The notes under the pieces: model-generated
The model's input: only the letters and a program-made list of their open reading frames with translations
What the model was told of the DNA's origin: nothing
Database searches by the model: none
Part shown: one piece after another, positions 25,295-26,994 of the stretch
Layout of the letters: every line of letters starts with the position of its first letter
How positions within the stretch are numbered: position 1 is the first letter of the stretch
Position numbers and translations under genes: made by a program
Assembly: GCA_036918135.1 (NCBI GenBank)
Contig: JBALDB010000026.1
Location: 1 to 26,994 of the forward strand
Origin: Nostoc sp.
Lineage (GTDB): Bacteria; Cyanobacteriota; Cyanobacteriia; Cyanobacteriales; Nostocaceae
DNA length: 26,994 nucleotides
Direction of reading: 5' to 3'

Positions 25295-26362
25295 ATGCCA
25301 AACTCAGATTTGCTTAATCAAGTTTCATTGACTTTTGTAGAAAATTTTAAAGAACACAAAGAAGATTTGTCAGCAGTCCTACTAACAGACCAGAAGTATT
25401 TATGGTTGGGGTCAGATGAAACTTCAACTATTGAACGTCTGTCTTTGGTTGATACTAATAAATTTGCAGACCATCAACAATTTCGGGTAGCAGAATTTAT
25501 CAGCTTACCAGCACCAGAAGACCAAGAAATTGATATAGAAGGACTTGCTTATAGCGATTATTATTTATGGTTTGTTGGTTCTCACAGCTACAAACGTAAA
25601 AAACCGAAACCAGATAATACCGATCTAAAAAACTTTAATAGATTAGCAAAAATTGAATCAGAACCCAACCGTTACCTGTTAGGACGGATTCCTTTAATAG
25701 AGGGAAACTTATTTTCATCTTGCCCACATCCCCAAAAGTCAGATGTGCAGTTGAATGCTGCTAAATTAGAGGTGACAAGCCAGGGTAATTTGCTAATGAC
25801 AGCTTTGGCAGAAGACCCCCATTTAGGCTCATTTATTAAAGCAGCGATTCCTGGAAAAGATAATGGCTTTGATATTGAAGGAATAGGCATTTATCAAAAT
25901 CGGATTTTTCTGGGTTTGCGCGGCCCTGTATTACGGGGTTGGGCTGTGGTTTTGGAAATAGAGTTAGAAGATTCTAGCCCTGGACTTTTAAAACTAAGGC
26001 AAATTGGAGAAGTCAAGGAGGCATATAAAAAGCATTTTATCTGGTTAAATGGTTTGGGAATTAGGGATTTGTATGTAGATGGAAAAGACTTGTTGATTTT
26101 AGCTGGGCCAACAATGGATTTAGATGGCCCCGTGCAACTTTATCGCTGGAGAAATGGTGTAAATTTGCCAGAAAATGTTTTTAGCAATCCAGATTTTGTA
26201 CAAGATATTCCTTATGGAAATCGGGAAGATCGTGCTGAAGGAATCACGCTTTTTCAGAATGTCACTGGTATACCTTCGCTATTAGTAGTTTATGACTCTC
26301 CAGCAAAAACGAGGCTGGTGGATGATAGTGGTGTAATAGCGGATGTGTTTAAGCTGAGTTAA
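25295..26362 (+). CDS. DUF3616-like protein of unknown function
   Basis: EIDIEGL, GSHS, KDNGFDIEG, LGLRGPV, GLGIRDL and LILAGP motifs, recognised from memory. Confidence 0.75.
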   Translation: MPNSDLLNQVSLTFVENFKEHKEDLSAVLLTDQKYLWLGSDETSTIERLSLVDTNKFADHQQFRVAEFISLPAPEDQEIDIEGLAYSDYYLWFVGSHSYKRKKPKPDNTDLKNFNRLAKIESEPNRYLLGRIPLIEGNLFSSCPHPQKSDVQLNAAKLEVTSQGNLLMTALAEDPHLGSFIKAAIPGKDNGFDIEGIGIYQNRIFLGLRGPVLRGWAVVLEIELEDSSPGLLKLRQIGEVKEAYKKHFIWLNGLGIRDLYVDGKDLLILAGPTMDLDGPVQLYRWRNGVNLPENVFSNPDFVQDIPYGNREDRAEGITLFQNVTGIPSLLVVYDSPAKTRLVDDSGVIADVFKLS

Positions 26363-26385
26363 TATCAATTTTGGATTTTAGATTG

Positions 26386-26790
26386 TTAAAGATTGGTAGA
26401 TATTGCCTGAACCGGACAACTGGGGATACACTGTTCGCAGACGATGCAACGCGATCGCGTGAATGTTAACTTAGATGTTTCTGGATGGAGGCTAAGAGCT
26501 TCTGTAGGACAAACTCCAGTACACAAACCACAGTGGACACACACATCTGGATCGATCGCAATTTCGCCTAGAGTATGAGAAACATTAACATGGCGCGAGC
26601 GCATCCACTCAATCGCTGCATCCAATTGATCGATGTCTCCCGATAGTTCCAATACCAGTTTGCCAATTTGATTTGGGGCAACTTGGGCACGGATAATATT
26701 AGCAGCGACGTTGAACTCTTTAGCCAGTACGTAAGTGACTGGCATTTGTACAGCGCGTTTCGGGAAGGTCAGGGTTACTCGTTTTTTCAC
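26386..26790 (-). CDS. NIL domain plus 2x[4Fe-4S] ferredoxin protein
   Basis: N-terminal NIL (MPVTYVLAKEFNVAANIIRA), CVHCGLCTGVCP and CIVCEQCIPSCP; GTG start at 26790 proposed. Confidence 0.9.
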   Translation of the reverse strand: MKKRVTLTFPKRAVQMPVTYVLAKEFNVAANIIRAQVAPNQIGKLVLELSGDIDQLDAAIEWMRSRHVNVSHTLGEIAIDPDVCVHCGLCTGVCPTEALSLHPETSKLTFTRSRCIVCEQCIPSCPVQAISTNL

Positions 26791-26900
26791 AAGTTTAACA
26801 GAAGCTTTCTTCTGTTTTAGGGTAAGAAGAGCTTTATAACTCACCGTTAGAGTAATCGAGAATGAGTTTGATGAAATAACCAATAGTATCCAAACATATC

Positions 26901-26935
26901 AAACCCCCTAGCGATAGAGAAGAGCTAGAGGGTTT
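26901..26935 (-). terminator. Terminator hairpin of the rRNA operon
   Basis: Minus strand AAACCCUCUAGC-N11-GCUAGGGGGUUU (12 bp with one G.U), about 15 nt after the 5S end. Confidence 0.75.
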
Positions 26936-26949
26936 GTATTGAAATATGA

Positions 26950-26994
26950 ACCTGGCATCGAGCTATTTTCACGTAGGGCAACCCCTAAACTATC
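26950..26994 (-). rRNA. rrf: 5S rRNA, 3' portion (truncated by the window edge)
   Basis: Minus strand GATAGTTTAGGGGTTGCCCTACGTGAAAATAGCTCGATGCCAGGT matches the 3' half of cyanobacterial 5S rRNA. Confidence 0.93.

Overview
A core-genome window from a heterocystous (Nostoc/Anabaena-like) cyanobacterium. The assignment rests on more than 20 HIP1 octamers (GCGATCGC), STRR-like heptamer repeats, an SDR5-type insert and a cyanobacterial 5S rRNA end. Most of the window is a sulfur super-cluster. It holds an archaeal-type isopentenyl-phosphate kinase, two divergent CadD-family transporters, rrf2(CymR-like)-cysK, cysE, cysR and a tandem-NIL protein. An FG-GAP/RTX secreted protein follows, then sbp-cysT-cysW-NIL (no cysA), a YafJ-like Ntn hydrolase, and mtnD-mtnX-mtnB-ABM (no mtnW). 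Further right are thiol-redox genes (a degenerate gpx and a Prx5-Grx fusion), several housekeeping or unknown genes, a NIL-ferredoxin and the end of an rRNA operon. There are five main hypotheses, all made by eye and untested. (1) CysE, the Rrf2 protein and the Crp-family CysR all end in a CysK-docking-type C-terminal Ile tail. (2) A shared ~25-bp operator lies upstream of the sulfur genes. (3) A pseudoknot-like RNA can occlude the mtnD ribosome-binding site. (4) An LsrG-like ABM protein may replace the missing MtnW. (5) Stand-alone NIL proteins may regulate sulfate uptake.
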